64,000 bases of DNA from Chloroflexota bacterium (GTDB taxonomy: Bacteria > Chloroflexota > Anaerolineae > UBA1429). Under the pieces are notes generated by a model. The model saw only the letters and a list, made by a program, of their open reading frames with translations. It was not told the origin of the DNA and did no database searches. Shown here in pieces: positions 1-14,372 of this stretch (within the stretch, counting starts at the first letter, position 1; each line of letters begins with the position of its first letter). The position numbers and the translations under genes were made by a program. The stretch lies in the NCBI GenBank assembly GCA_019873625.1, contig JAIOAW010000006.1, forward strand, positions 13,252 through 77,251, given 5' to 3'.

Positions 1-187
1 AAACGACCGCCCGCTGGACCTCGGGCTAGCCATTCCGCTCTGTTAAAGAAAACAGGGTGTGAAAGGTGCGCTCTCGAGTACTTTCTATGGAATAGGCGTA
101 GCGACCGGCGTATGCCCCGCAAAAAGGGGCACACGGCCCGGCGGCCCGCCCTGGGTAACTATGACCTGGCGACCGCGTTTTTCAAAA

Positions 188-1267
188 TCACTCTTCGTCG
201 AGCGCCTCGGTGCTGACCTCATCGGCCACCGGAACAAACGGCTGCGGCGGCGCGCTCACAACGTAGGCCGGCTTGGGCTTCAGCCCCACGGCCAGGCGAA
301 CCTTGTTCTCGATCTCATCCGCCAAGGCGGGGTTCGCCCGCAAGAAGGCCTTAGCATTCTCGCGGCCCTGGCCAAGGCGCGTATCACCATAGGAGTAGAA
401 GGAGCCGCGCTTTTCGATGACGCCGACCTCCGTGCCTACGTCGAGGATGCTCCCCTCTTTGGAGATGCCCTGGTCGAACATAATGTCGAACTCGGCCACT
501 TTGAAGGGCGGCGCGACCTTGTTCTTTTTGACCCGCGCGCGGATGCGGTTGCCGATGACCTCCGTCTTTTGTTTGATGGCCTCCGCCTTGCGCAGGTCCA
601 GCCGGACGGCCGCATAGAACTTGAGCGCGTTGCCGCCGGTGGTCGTCTCAGGGTTCCCAAAGAGGACGCCGATCTTCATCCGCAGTTGGTTTGTAAAGAT
701 GACGGCCGTGTTGCTCCGCTTGATGGCCCCCGTCAACTTGCGCAGGGCTTGAGACATCAACCGCGCCTGCAGGCCCATATGGGCATCTCCCATTTCGCCT
801 TCGATCTCGGCCTGGGGCACGAGCGCCGCCACGGAGTCAATCACGATGACATCCACTGCGCCGCTGCGCACCAGGGCCTCGGTGATCTCCAGGCCCTGTT
901 CGCCCGTATCGGGCTGGGAGATGTACAGTTCATCAATGTTCACGCCGCACTTTTGGGCATAGGCGGGGTCCAGGGCATGCTCGACGTCAATAAACGCGGC
1001 GATGCCGCCCATCTTTTGGCACTCGGCGATGATGTGCTGGCACAGCGTCGTCTTGCCGGAGGATTCCGGCCCGTAAATCTCGGTGATGCGCCCCCGGGGA
1101 ATCCCTCCAATCCCCAAGGCGATATCCAGGGCCAGGCAGCCCGTAGGAATTGCTTCCACATCCAGGCTGGTGGCGTCTCCCAATTTCATAATTGCGCCAT
1201 CGCCATACCGTTTGCGGATTTGCGCGATGGTGGTATCGAGCGCCTTTTCTTTGCCGATTTCCGTCAT
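188..1267 (-). CDS. recA: Recombinase RecA
   Basis: [16 protein letters not shown]alker [33 protein letters not shown]; start moved to ATG 1267 behind GAGGGG SD. Confidence 0.99.
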   Translation of the reverse strand: MTEIGKEKALDTTIAQIRKRYGDGAIMKLGDATSLDVEAIPTGCLALDIALGIGGIPRGRITEIYGPESSGKTTLCQHIIAECQKMGGIAAFIDVEHALDPAYAQKCGVNIDELYISQPDTGEQGLEITEALVRSGAVDVIVIDSVAALVPQAEIEGEMGDAHMGLQARLMSQALRKLTGAIKRSNTAVIFTNQLRMKIGVLFGNPETTTGGNALKFYAAVRLDLRKAEAIKQKTEVIGNRIRARVKKNKVAPPFKVAEFDIMFDQGISKEGSILDVGTEVGVIEKRGSFYSYGDTRLGQGRENAKAFLRANPALADEIENKVRLAVGLKPKPAYVVSAPPQPFVPVADEVSTEALDEE

Positions 1268-1406
1268 GGTAAACCCCTCATCAGGCTCTGCCCACACCTC
1301 TAGTTTACAAGAAATGGTTAAAGAACGCAAGTATTTTGTTCCGCCCTATACGTTCGGTCAACTTGCGCCGGTTGACAAGCCCCCTCCTTTGGGCAAAAAT
1401 CGCGCT

Positions 1407-2264
1407 ATGCCCATTTTGGATTGTCATACGCACATCCTGCCGGCGGAGATCATCGTCCAACGGGAGCGGCTCCTCGTGCGCGAGCCGTGGTTTGGCCTCC
1501 TCTATGCCAACCCCAAGAATCGTTTGGCGATGCTTCCGGACCTCCTCGCCGCGATGGATGAGGCCGGCGTGAGCCAGGCGGTGGCCTTTGGGTTCGCCTT
1601 TGTGGATATGGGCCTGTGCCGTTTGGCCAACGAGTATGTGCTTGAGGCGGCGCGCTCGAGCGGCGGATGCCTTATCCCTTTTGCCGTGGTGAACCCCGCG
1701 GCGGGCGAGGAGGCCATCCGCGAGGCGCGGCGTTGCCTCGAGCAGGGGGCGCGGGGCCTGGGCGAGTTGATGCCGGATGGGCAGGGGTTTTCGCTCGAGG
1801 GCGACGCGCTGGATGGCCTCGCGGCCCTGGCGCGCGCCTACGGTGCGCCGATGCTCCTCCATGTGAACGAGCCGGTGGGCCACGCCTACGCGGGCAAGGG
1901 CACCCAAGGCCCCAAAGAGGCCTATGCGCTCGCCGTGCGCCACCCGGAAAATACCTTTCTCCTGGCGCATTGGGGCGGGGGCCTGCCTTTTTACGAATTG
2001 ATGCCTGAGGTCAAAGGGGCCTTATCGCGCGTCTATTATGATACGGCGGCCTCGCCGTATTTGTATGAGGATGCCATCTACCGGCACGTGGGCGGGTGGG
2101 CTGCCTCCAAAATCCTCTTTGGGAGCGACTTCCCCCTCCTCACGCCGAGCCGTTGCCTGAGGCGCGTGCGCCGGCTGGGGTTGAGCGCCGAGGTCGAGGC
2201 CCAAATCCTCTATGGGAATGCGGCGCGGCTCTTGGGTTTAGGCGATATGTCGAAAGGGAGGTGA
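1407..2264 (+). CDS. Amidohydrolase_2 family metal-dependent hydrolase
   Basis: ILDCHTH, LLAHWGGG, YYDTAASP, ILFGSDFP motifs; start set at ATG 1407. Confidence 0.9.
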   Translation: MPILDCHTHILPAEIIVQRERLLVREPWFGLLYANPKNRLAMLPDLLAAMDEAGVSQAVAFGFAFVDMGLCRLANEYVLEAARSSGGCLIPFAVVNPAAGEEAIREARRCLEQGARGLGELMPDGQGFSLEGDALDGLAALARAYGAPMLLHVNEPVGHAYAGKGTQGPKEAYALAVRHPENTFLLAHWGGGLPFYELMPEVKGALSRVYYDTAASPYLYEDAIYRHVGGWAASKILFGSDFPLLTPSRCLRRVRRLGLSAEVEAQILYGNAARLLGLGDMSKGR

Positions 2265-2270
2265 AGGCCT

Positions 2271-2858
2271 ATGGCAGAGGCGATGCGCACGTTTATCGCC
2301 ATCGTGTTGAGCCAAGAGGTGCACAAAGCCCTGGGCGACCTCATCGGCCGCCTGCGCGCCGGCCCTGGCGGCGAGGCGGGGCGATGGGTTCGGCCGGAGA
2401 GCATCCACCTCACGCTCAAATTCTTGGGAGATGTGCCCTCGACGAAACTCGAGGCCGTGTATGCCGCCGTTCAGCGCGCCTGCGCCACAGTGCCCCCTTT
2501 TGAGATGATGGTGGAGGGGGTGGGGTGCTTCCCCAACGCGCGGCGGCCCCGCGTGGTGTGGGCCGGCGTGCGCGAGGAAACGGGCCGCCTCGAGGCGCTC
2601 CAAAGGGCCGTGGAGCGCGAGGCGGCCAAAGAGGGCTTTGCGCCGGAGGATCGCGCTTTCACGCCCCATCTGACCCTAGCCCGCATCAAAGACCGCGCCG
2701 ATCGCGCCGAGATTGAGGCCTTGGGCAGGGCGGTCTCTCAAGAGCAGTTCGCCCTTGCGGCGCCCGTGCGGGTGGAAGAGGTGTATGTGATGAAAAGCGA
2801 CCTACGCCCCGAAGGGGCCATCTACACCCCCCTCTTTCGCGCCCCCCTGGCGGGCTAG
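2271..2858 (+). CDS. thpR: RNA 2',3'-cyclic phosphodiesterase (2H family, LigT/ThpR)
   Basis: Two HxT motifs (HLTLKFLG, PHLTLAR), N-terminal RTFIAI; GGAGGT SD. Confidence 0.95.
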   Translation: MAEAMRTFIAIVLSQEVHKALGDLIGRLRAGPGGEAGRWVRPESIHLTLKFLGDVPSTKLEAVYAAVQRACATVPPFEMMVEGVGCFPNARRPRVVWAGVREETGRLEALQRAVEREAAKEGFAPEDRAFTPHLTLARIKDRADRAEIEALGRAVSQEQFALAAPVRVEEVYVMKSDLRPEGAIYTPLFRAPLAG

Positions 2859-2907
2859 GCCAGCCATAGGGCAAAACACCCTCCCGCAGGTTCAAAACCT
2901 GAGATAT

Positions 2908-3053
2908 GGAGCGCGGATGCTGAAGCAAGGCTTCAGCACTCCATAAAAGAAAGGAGCGCGGGCCTCCCGGCCCGCGTGCGCCGAACGGCGCCTTAATTGC
3001 GATGGTGATGGGAGGCCTAACGACCTCCCCGCGAGGCAGGCGCCTCGCAACCC
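2908..3053. repeat. Cluster of GC-rich REP-like hairpins
   Basis: GGAG-flanked hairpins at 2908-2942 and 2953-2980, plus GCGAGGC/GCCTCGC at 3031-3048; units recur at 10466-10493 and 36331-36476. Confidence 0.65.
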
Positions 3054-4241
3054 CTATTCCACGCGGCAGATGAACCCTTTGAGATACGCCCCTTCGGGGA
3101 AGGCGAGGGAGACGGGATGATCCGGCGCTTGGGTGAGCCGCTCCAGGATGCGCACCTCGCGCCCAGCATCCAGGCTCGCGCCAAAGAGGATTTTCTGAAA
3201 GAGATCCTCGCTCACCAGGCCCGAACAGGAGAAGGTGCACAGGATCCCCCCTGGGCGCAAAAGTTTCATCGCCAGGAGGTTGATATCCTTGTAACCGCGC
3301 GTGGCGGCCATAAGCTGGGCGCGGCTGAAGGCGAATTTCGGCGGATCTAGGATGATCAAATCAAACGCACGCCCCTCATCTCGCCAGGCGCGGAGGACGC
3401 GGAAGGCATCTCCCTCGACGGATTCCACCGCCTCCGCCGGCAGGCCGTTGAGGGCAATATGCTCGGCGGCGGCGCGCAGGGCCTCGGCGGAACTATCGAG
3501 GTTGACCACGCGGCGCGCCCCGTGGCGCAGGGCATACGCGGCAAAGGCCCCCGTGTAGGAAAAGGCGTTAAGCACCTCGCGCCCCGCACAATAAGGCGCC
3601 ACGCGTCGGCGGTTGACGCGCTGGTCGAGGTAGAACCCCGTCTTGTGGCCGCGATAGAGGTCCACCCAAAAGCGCAACCCGCATTCGTCAATCTCGACCC
3701 TTTCCGGCGGCGGCTCGCCCCACAGGAGGCCCGTCGCCTCCGGCAGGCCCTCTTGGGCGCGCACGTCCACATCGCTCCGCTCATAGATGCCGCGCGGCCG
3801 GAGGAGTTCCCTCAGGAGTTCGGCCAGCAAAGCCTTGCGGCGATCCATCCCCAAGGTGAGGGCCTGGAGGACGAGAAAATCGCCGTAGCGATCCACGATC
3901 AGCCCCGGCAGGCCGTCCGATTCGGCATAGACGAGCCGTTCGGCCGAATGTTCGGCCGCGTCGGGCAGGGCCTCGCGCCGCCGGAGGGAGGCCTCTAGGC
4001 GCCCGCGCCAGAAGGTGGCCTCTATTCCCTCTGAAGGGTCAAAGGTCAGGATGCGCAGGGTGATCTGCGAACGGGGATTGTAATCGGCCAGGGCAAGCGG
4101 CTGGCCAGCGTGGTCGGCCACCGCGACGACTTCGCCCGGCTGGGGAGGGCCTTCGAGGCGGCCAATGGCCCCGCTAAAGACCCAGGGGTGGCGGTTCAGC
4201 ACCGATTTTTCGCGCCCCGGCTTGAGGAGGATACGCTTCAT
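3054..4241 (-). CDS. rlmI: RlmI-like class I SAM-dependent rRNA m5C methyltransferase with PUA-like N-terminus
   Basis: HPWVFSG, ESDGLPGLIVDRY, GHKTGFYLDQR, LNAFSYTGAF, IILDPPKF, TFSCS; ATG overlaps tilS stop (ATGA). Confidence 0.88.
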   Translation of the reverse strand: MKRILLKPGREKSVLNRHPWVFSGAIGRLEGPPQPGEVVAVADHAGQPLALADYNPRSQITLRILTFDPSEGIEATFWRGRLEASLRRREALPDAAEHSAERLVYAESDGLPGLIVDRYGDFLVLQALTLGMDRRKALLAELLRELLRPRGIYERSDVDVRAQEGLPEATGLLWGEPPPERVEIDECGLRFWVDLYRGHKTGFYLDQRVNRRRVAPYCAGREVLNAFSYTGAFAAYALRHGARRVVNLDSSAEALRAAAEHIALNGLPAEAVESVEGDAFRVLRAWRDEGRAFDLIILDPPKFAFSRAQLMAATRGYKDINLLAMKLLRPGGILCTFSCSGLVSEDLFQKILFGASLDAGREVRILERLTQAPDHPVSLAFPEGAYLKGFICRVE

Positions 4242-5725
4242 AGGTCGTCTCCCTCGCCCTCGGGGGGCCTCCGTTCGAAGCGCACGGTGAGGATGCGGCG
4301 CGTCTCGGGCCGCACGGCAAAGCGCGCATCGAGCCGGTAGCCCACTACCCAAACGACCTCCTCTCCGCAGAGGAGGAGCGGCACGCTATCGCGCAGGGCG
4401 CGGGGGATTTTGAGGTTCGTCATCAGGTCGCCCACCTTTTGGCGGTGCCCCAGGCCCAAGGGGATAAGCCAATCTCCCTCTCGGCGGGGCCGGAGCAGGA
4501 GCGGGCCGCGCAGGGTTTCTGCATCGAAATAGCCCGTCAAGGGGTCCGCGTTGTTCGCCCAGGCCTCGGCGAGGGCCTCTCGCGGGGAAAGCACCGTGCG
4601 CACGGCCCAACCGCCCGTGGGGAGGGGCGTTTCCCCTTCGAGGGGTAGGGGCAAAGGCCCCCATACTTGCGGGTGGCGCGGGTCCACCCAGCGATGGTCG
4701 GCGGAGGAGATGGTCAGCGCGCCGTAGCCGAGGGTGAGCATCAGCCCCTGTGGCAAAGTCGCCTGGGCGCCCGTGGCCCCCTCGCAGGCCACCTGCACGG
4801 CATTTTCGATGTGCACCCAGTTGATATTGCGCAGCGACCGCCGCAAGCGGTGCACCGCCTCGCGCAAGAGCGAACGCTGCAGGGCCAGGGGCTGGGCGCG
4901 GAAGGCCGCCAAATCAAAGACGATGGCCCCAGGCGATTCCTCGCGCACCAGGCGCCCCCAAGCCTCTTCCACTATCGCCCGCAGAAGGTCATAATCGGCG
5001 GCGATGACCTCCGCGGTGCGCCAAAGGACCTGGCGGATGTTGGGGTTGTACATCTCCAAGATGGGCAAGAGTTCGTGGCGCAAACGGTTGCGGTAAAAGG
5101 TCGTATCCAAGTTCGAAAGGTCAAAGCGATATGGAAGGCTCTGTGCCTGGCAGTAGGCGAGGATCTCTTGGCGCGAGACGCCCAAGAGAGGGCGGATCAA
5201 ACGCACCTCCTTTGGCGAAATCCCCTCCCCCAGGCGGAGGTCTTCCAAGCGGCTCAAGGGGCGCATCCCCCTCAGCCCCGCCAGGCCCGACCCGCGCAAG
5301 AGGTGCATAAGCACCGTCTCCACCTGGTCATCGGCATGGTGCGCCACGGCCACGGTGCGCCCCCCGAGCGAAGCGGCCAATGCCCCCAAAAAGCGGTAAC
5401 GCGCCTGGCGCGCGGCCTCCTCTAACGCCAGGTGTTGCTGGCGCGCCAAGGCGGGCACATCGGCGCGCTCCACGGTACAGGGGAGGCCCCAATCTCGGCA
5501 GAGGGCCTCCACAAAGGCCGCATCCTCCGCCGATTCCGCGCGGATGCCGTGATCGAGGTGCCCCACGTACAGGCGGATGCCGTACTTCGGCGCCAGCCCT
5601 TTCAGGATGTGCAAAAGGCACAGCGAGTCGGCCCCGCCGGAGACGCCCACGACTACTGTATCTCCCGCCGGCAGAAGGCGCCAGCGGTCAATCGTCTCGC
5701 GCACCGTCCGTTCGAGGTCGCTCAC
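4238..5725 (-). CDS. tilS: tRNA(Ile)-lysidine synthetase
   Basis: VSGGADS PP-loop, AHHADDQVET, IRPLL, RNRLRH, TilS C-terminal domain. Confidence 0.97.
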   Translation of the reverse strand: MSDLERTVRETIDRWRLLPAGDTVVVGVSGGADSLCLLHILKGLAPKYGIRLYVGHLDHGIRAESAEDAAFVEALCRDWGLPCTVERADVPALARQQHLALEEAARQARYRFLGALAASLGGRTVAVAHHADDQVETVLMHLLRGSGLAGLRGMRPLSRLEDLRLGEGISPKEVRLIRPLLGVSRQEILAYCQAQSLPYRFDLSNLDTTFYRNRLRHELLPILEMYNPNIRQVLWRTAEVIAADYDLLRAIVEEAWGRLVREESPGAIVFDLAAFRAQPLALQRSLLREAVHRLRRSLRNINWVHIENAVQVACEGATGAQATLPQGLMLTLGYGALTISSADHRWVDPRHPQVWGPLPLPLEGETPLPTGGWAVRTVLSPREALAEAWANNADPLTGYFDAETLRGPLLLRPRREGDWLIPLGLGHRQKVGDLMTNLKIPRALRDSVPLLLCGEEVVWVVGYRLDARFAVRPETRRILTVRFERRPPEGEGDDL

Positions 5726-5757
5726 TGTGCCTCATTCCCTTGGCCGCCCGTTCCCCG

Positions 5758-10385
<4,628 letters not shown>

Positions 10386-10465
10386 TCGAAAGGGCCTCCT
10401 TTCGGGTTCTCGTTCCATTCTACCCCGTTCGCGCACGTGGGGCAATTGCTATGGGCCGCGCCCTC

Positions 10466-10493
10466 GCGCCTGCCTCGCACGCGGGCCGGGAGG
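10466..10493. repeat. Degenerate REP-like copy
   Basis: 10476-10493 is the exact reverse complement of 2963-2980 (18 bp); 10466-10478 is the reverse complement of 3031-3043. Confidence 0.55.
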
Positions 10494-10589
10494 GGCACGC
10501 CGAGGTTGCGAGGGGAAGTCTATCGGCATAGAATAGGCCCGCCTGATAGCGTATCCATCACCCATCCTTAGCCAAAGCGAGGTGCCATT

Positions 10590-13064
10590 ATGGGGCAAGA
10601 TTTGCGACTCAAGCCGGAGCAATTGCGCCGCAGGTGCGATCCATCCGTCTTTTCGTTCACGTCCACGGCTGAACTCCCGCCCCTGAACCGCGTGTTAGGC
10701 CAATCTCGCGCCGTCCGCTCCATTGATTTCGGCATTGATATGCCCAACTATGGCTACAACATCTTTGCGGTGGGCTATGCCGGCTCAGGGCGCACCACCG
10801 CCGTGCGGCAATTCCTCGACCAGCGCGCCCCCAAGCGCCCTGCGCCGCCCGAGTGGTGCTATGTTTACAACTTTGAGGATCCTCGCCGCCCCAAGGCTAT
10901 CAGCCTGCCGCCGGGGAGGGCCTCCATCCTGCGGGAGCAGATGGCCGCCCTCATCCAGCGCCTGCAGCAGGAGATCCCCCGCGCCTTTGAGGGGCAACCC
11001 TTCGAACAGCGCCGCCGTGAACTCCTGATGAGCCTTCAACAAAAACAGCAGGCCCTGTTCGAAAATCTCGAGCGCTATCTGAACGAACGGGGGTTTGCCC
11101 TCATCCGCTCGCAGATGGGCCTGGGTATCGCCCCTATGCTCAACGGGGAGGTCCTTTCGCCAGAGGCCTATCAGAAGCTCGACCCCGAAATCAAGCGCCG
11201 TTTTGAGGCCTACCGCCCCGAACTCCAAGAGGAGTTCGACAAGGTGATGCGCCAGGTGCGCGAGTTGGACCGCCAAGGCCGCAACGCCATCGAGACGTTG
11301 ACGAACGAGTTGGCCGGCTTCGTGGTGGATACCCTGATGGCCGAACTCCGCGAGCAGTTTCAAGATTGCCCAAACGTCCAGCCCTATCTGGATAGCGTGC
11401 GGCGCGATATTGTCAGCAACGTCCAGCAATTCCTCCCCAGCGCCGACCAAAGCGCCGCCTTACCCTTTATGGGGGCGCTGGAGCGGGGAAGGTGGTTCTC
11501 TCGCTATGCGGTGAACGTCTTGGCCGAAACGCGAGACCGCACCTGTGCGCCCGTGGTCATCGAAGATAACCCCACTTACCACAATCTCATCGGGCGCATC
11601 GAGCATCGCGCCGAATTCGGCACGATGGTTACCGATTTCACGCAGATCCGCGCGGGGGCCTTGCACCGGGCGAACGGTGGCTACCTTGTGGTGGAGGCCA
11701 AGAACCTGCTCGTCAACCCCTTCGCTTGGGATGCCCTCAAGCGCGCCCTCCACAACCGCGAGATCAAGATCGAGGAGATGTCTCAATATTACGGCCTGGT
11801 GGCCACGTCCACCCTCGAGCCGGAACCCATCCCCCTCGATGTGAAGGTGATCCTCATCGGAGATCATCGCCTCTACCAACTCCTCTACCTCTTTGATGAG
11901 GATTTTCGCGAACTGTTCAAGGTGAAGGCCGAGTTTGGCCTGACGATGCCGCGCGATGAGGAGAGCCTGCGCGATTACGCCATCTTTGTGGGAGACCTGT
12001 GCCGCCGCGAGGGCCTGCTGCCCTTTGATGCGGGCGCCGTGGCGCGCCTGGTGGAGGAATCCTCTCGCCTGGTGGATGACCAAGAGAAACTGACCACGCA
12101 CTTTGCCTCCGTGGCCGACCTCATCCGCGAGGCCTCTTTTTGGGCAGGCCGGGCGGGCCGAGGGGTGGTGACGGCGGAGGACGTCCGCCAAGCGGTGGAG
12201 GAGCGCACGGCCCGGCTGGATTTGGCCGTGGAACGCTATGTCGAATCGGTGTTGAAGGGCGTCATCCTCATTGATACAGAGGGGAGCGTCGTCGGCCAGG
12301 TGAACGGCCTTTCGGTGGTGCAATCGGGCGAGTTTGTCTTTGGGTTGCCCTCGCGCATCACGGCGCGCACCTATCTGGGGCGCGCGGCGGTGGTGAGCAT
12401 CGAGCGCGAGGTCAGAATGAGCGGCCCCATTCATGATAAGGGGCAACTCATCCTGGCGGGGTACTTGGCCAGCCGTTTCGCCCAAAAGCACCCCTTGACG
12501 ATGTCGGCCAGTTTGACGTTTGAGCAGTTGTATTCCGGCGTAGAGGGCGATAGCGCCTCATCTACGGAACTGTATGCGCTCCTCTCTAGCCTGGCCGATG
12601 TGCCCATCAAGCAGGGGTTGGCGGTTACGGGGTCTGTGAATCAACTCGGGCAGGTGCAGGCCATCGGCGGCGTGAACGATAAAATCGAGGGGTTCTTCCG
12701 CGTGTGCAAGGCGCGGGGGTTGACGGGCGAACAGGGGGTACTCATCCCGGCGGCGAACGTACGCCACTTGATGCTGCGCGATGAGATCATCGAGGCCGTG
12801 CGCCAGGGCCAGTTTCACATCTATGCGGTCAACACGGTAGAAGAGGGTATCGAGATCCTGACGGGCATACCCGCCGGCGAGCCGGATGAAAACGGCGATT
12901 ACCCGCCCGACACGGTATATGGCCGCGTGCAGGCCAAGTTGGATCGCTATGCGGAACTTATGCGCGCGGAGGGCGAGCGCGCCGCGGAGAGGCCCAAGCC
13001 CCCGGAGGAAGCGCCCACGCCTCCTCCAGCGCCGGGCGAACCCCCCGTGCCCCAACCGAAATAA
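10590..13064 (+). CDS. Lon-like protease, LonC/AAA_32 type
   Basis: GALHRANGGYL, GQVNGL, EGDSASS catalytic Ser, KIEGF Lys; Walker A degenerate (GSGRTT). Confidence 0.93.
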   Translation: MGQDLRLKPEQLRRRCDPSVFSFTSTAELPPLNRVLGQSRAVRSIDFGIDMPNYGYNIFAVGYAGSGRTTAVRQFLDQRAPKRPAPPEWCYVYNFEDPRRPKAISLPPGRASILREQMAALIQRLQQEIPRAFEGQPFEQRRRELLMSLQQKQQALFENLERYLNERGFALIRSQMGLGIAPMLNGEVLSPEAYQKLDPEIKRRFEAYRPELQEEFDKVMRQVRELDRQGRNAIETLTNELAGFVVDTLMAELREQFQDCPNVQPYLDSVRRDIVSNVQQFLPSADQSAALPFMGALERGRWFSRYAVNVLAETRDRTCAPVVIEDNPTYHNLIGRIEHRAEFGTMVTDFTQIRAGALHRANGGYLVVEAKNLLVNPFAWDALKRALHNREIKIEEMSQYYGLVATSTLEPEPIPLDVKVILIGDHRLYQLLYLFDEDFRELFKVKAEFGLTMPRDEESLRDYAIFVGDLCRREGLLPFDAGAVARLVEESSRLVDDQEKLTTHFASVADLIREASFWAGRAGRGVVTAEDVRQAVEERTARLDLAVERYVESVLKGVILIDTEGSVVGQVNGLSVVQSGEFVFGLPSRITARTYLGRAAVVSIEREVRMSGPIHDKGQLILAGYLASRFAQKHPLTMSASLTFEQLYSGVEGDSASSTELYALLSSLADVPIKQGLAVTGSVNQLGQVQAIGGVNDKIEGFFRVCKARGLTGEQGVLIPAANVRHLMLRDEIIEAVRQGQFHIYAVNTVEEGIEILTGIPAGEPDENGDYPPDTVYGRVQAKLDRYAELMRAEGERAAERPKPPEEAPTPPPAPGEPPVPQPK

Positions 13065-13067
13065 GAC

Positions 13068-13101
13068 GTGAGGGAGCGGTTTATCCGCTCCCTCGCTCTT
13101 T
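13068..13101. terminator. Intrinsic terminator between convergent genes
   Basis: GTGAGGGAGCGG-TTTAT-CCGCTCCCTCGC stem followed by TCTTT, 3 nt after the lon stop. Confidence 0.75.
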
Positions 13102-13110
13102 AGGGGAATT

Positions 13111-13470
13111 TCAGCCCATCACCGGGCCTTGAAGGGCCTGCTGGGCCTCTAAGGCTTCACGCACGGCTTGGATGACGACAAAGAATTCGAGGCTGCCGGC
13201 GCTTTTGAACTCACCATTGACGAAAAGAAGCGGGTAAACACGGTAGCCCTCTGGGACTTTGGCAAGGAGGTCTTGAAACTGCTCTTTGACCTCGCTTTGG
13301 GCCGCATCATAATAGGCCCAGGTCACCTGGCCATCGTAATAGTGCTCGAGATAGGTGCCGATGATCTCTGCGGTCTCCGCCGAAGACCGCCGCGGCCCTC
13401 AACCCATGCGGCAGCCCACTTCGCCCGCGCTGTTGCCCAAGATAAGCACGTGGACGGTGCCCTTTGCCAT
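13111..13470 (-). CDS. Probable selenoprotein, thioredoxin-like fold (YuzD/DUF1462-like), Sec at codon 24
   Basis: GGAGGA SD then ATG 13470; frame open to 13111 except one TGA (13399-13401) in GCRMG-U-GP; hairpin directly downstream; YPLLFVNGE cis-Pro-like motif. Confidence 0.8.
13370..13390 (-). promoter_or_regulatory. Putative bacterial SECIS element
   Basis: GCGGUCUUC-GGC-GGAGACCGC 9-bp stem (one GU pair) starting 9 nt after the UGA, G-containing apical loop. Confidence 0.7.
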
Positions 13471-13506
13471 ACCGTTCCTCCTGATGGTTTGATACCCTCT
13501 ATGGGT

Positions 13507-13542
13507 ATATGATATCATATCCTTGTAAAGGCCTCGTGTCAA
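13507..13542 (-). promoter_or_regulatory. Sigma70-type promoter of the putative selenoprotein gene with overlapping palindrome
   Basis: TTGACA-17 nt-TATGAT; perfect palindrome ATATGATATCATAT (13507-13520) covers the -10. Confidence 0.7.
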
Positions 13543-13595
13543 AAAAAGGCGCGGCGAGGAAAATCCGAAAATTCCCGAAAATGGCCCCAAAAAGG

Positions 13596-13624
13596 TTGTC
13601 TTTTTGTGAAGGGTGTGATATAAT
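13596..13624 (+). promoter_or_regulatory. Sigma70-type promoter of the rhomboid/EPS operon
   Basis: TTGTCT-17 nt-TATAAT with extended TGn. Confidence 0.7.
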
Positions 13625-13653
13625 CCTATTTATGGTGTAAAGAGTGCGTAAAA

Positions 13654-14325
13654 ATGATCCCTATAGCCGATGCCAACCCACGCCGCCGTGTGCCGGCCGT
13701 TACGATCTTGCTCATCTTGGCGAACGTGGCCATCTTTCTTTACCAGGTAACCCTTTCGCCCACACGGCTGAACGCGCTCTTGGCCAATCTGGCTGTTATC
13801 CCCCTGCGCATCACGCAGTTCTGGGGGCCAAAAACAGCGCGGACCCTGCTTACGGCGATGTTTCTGCACGGCAGTTGGCTGCATCTCCTCAGCAATATGC
13901 TGTACCTTTGGGTTTTTGGAGACAACGTCGAGGATATCCTCTCTCCTTTCTTCTACCTTCTCTTTTACTTGGCGTCGGGCGTGGTGGGGTCTTTGGCACA
14001 GGTGGCCGTTTCGGCCTCTTCGTCGGTGCCCGTCATCGGCGCCAGCGGGGCCGTGGCGGGGATTCTGGGGGCCTATATCGTCCTCTTTCCGCGCCATCGG
14101 GTGCGCACGTTGGTCATTCTTTTCTATTTCTTGCGCGTTATGGATGTACCGGCTGCGATCGTCTTGGGGATGTGGTTCTTTTTGCAACTTTTCAACGGCT
14201 TGGCGGCTATCGCAAGGGTTTCCTCCGGGGGCGTGGCTTGGTTCGCCCATCTGGGAGGGTTCGCTTTGGGGATTTTGGTGGGCCTTCTGGCGCGCCCGCG
14301 GAGGCGGCCCGCTATGTATGGGTGA
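13654..14325 (+). CDS. Rhomboid family intramembrane serine protease
   Basis: MFLHGSWLHL, NMLYLWVFGDNVED, GASG catalytic Ser, AHLGGF catalytic His. Confidence 0.95.
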   Translation: MIPIADANPRRRVPAVTILLILANVAIFLYQVTLSPTRLNALLANLAVIPLRITQFWGPKTARTLLTAMFLHGSWLHLLSNMLYLWVFGDNVEDILSPFFYLLFYLASGVVGSLAQVAVSASSSVPVIGASGAVAGILGAYIVLFPRHRVRTLVILFYFLRVMDVPAAIVLGMWFFLQLFNGLAAIARVSSGGVAWFAHLGGFALGILVGLLARPRRRPAMYG

Positions 14326-14372
14326 GGCCAAAAGGCGATTCATCTAGGGCACGATGAAAGGGCAGGCGAGCG

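Noticed and set aside
1..33. Start of a gene downstream of recA (for example recX)
   Set aside because: Only 11 codons (MASPRSSGRSF) lie in the window and the SD is weak; it cannot be assigned.
59..1303. 414-aa ORF antisense to recA
   Set aside because: Shadow ORF typical of GC-rich coding DNA; no recognisable motifs.
13111..13590. Two separate small ORFs, or a nonsense pseudogene
   Set aside because: Same frame, a single UGA at a redox-motif position, a SECIS-like hairpin and intact promoter and SD favour one recoded gene. A pseudogene is not fully excluded.
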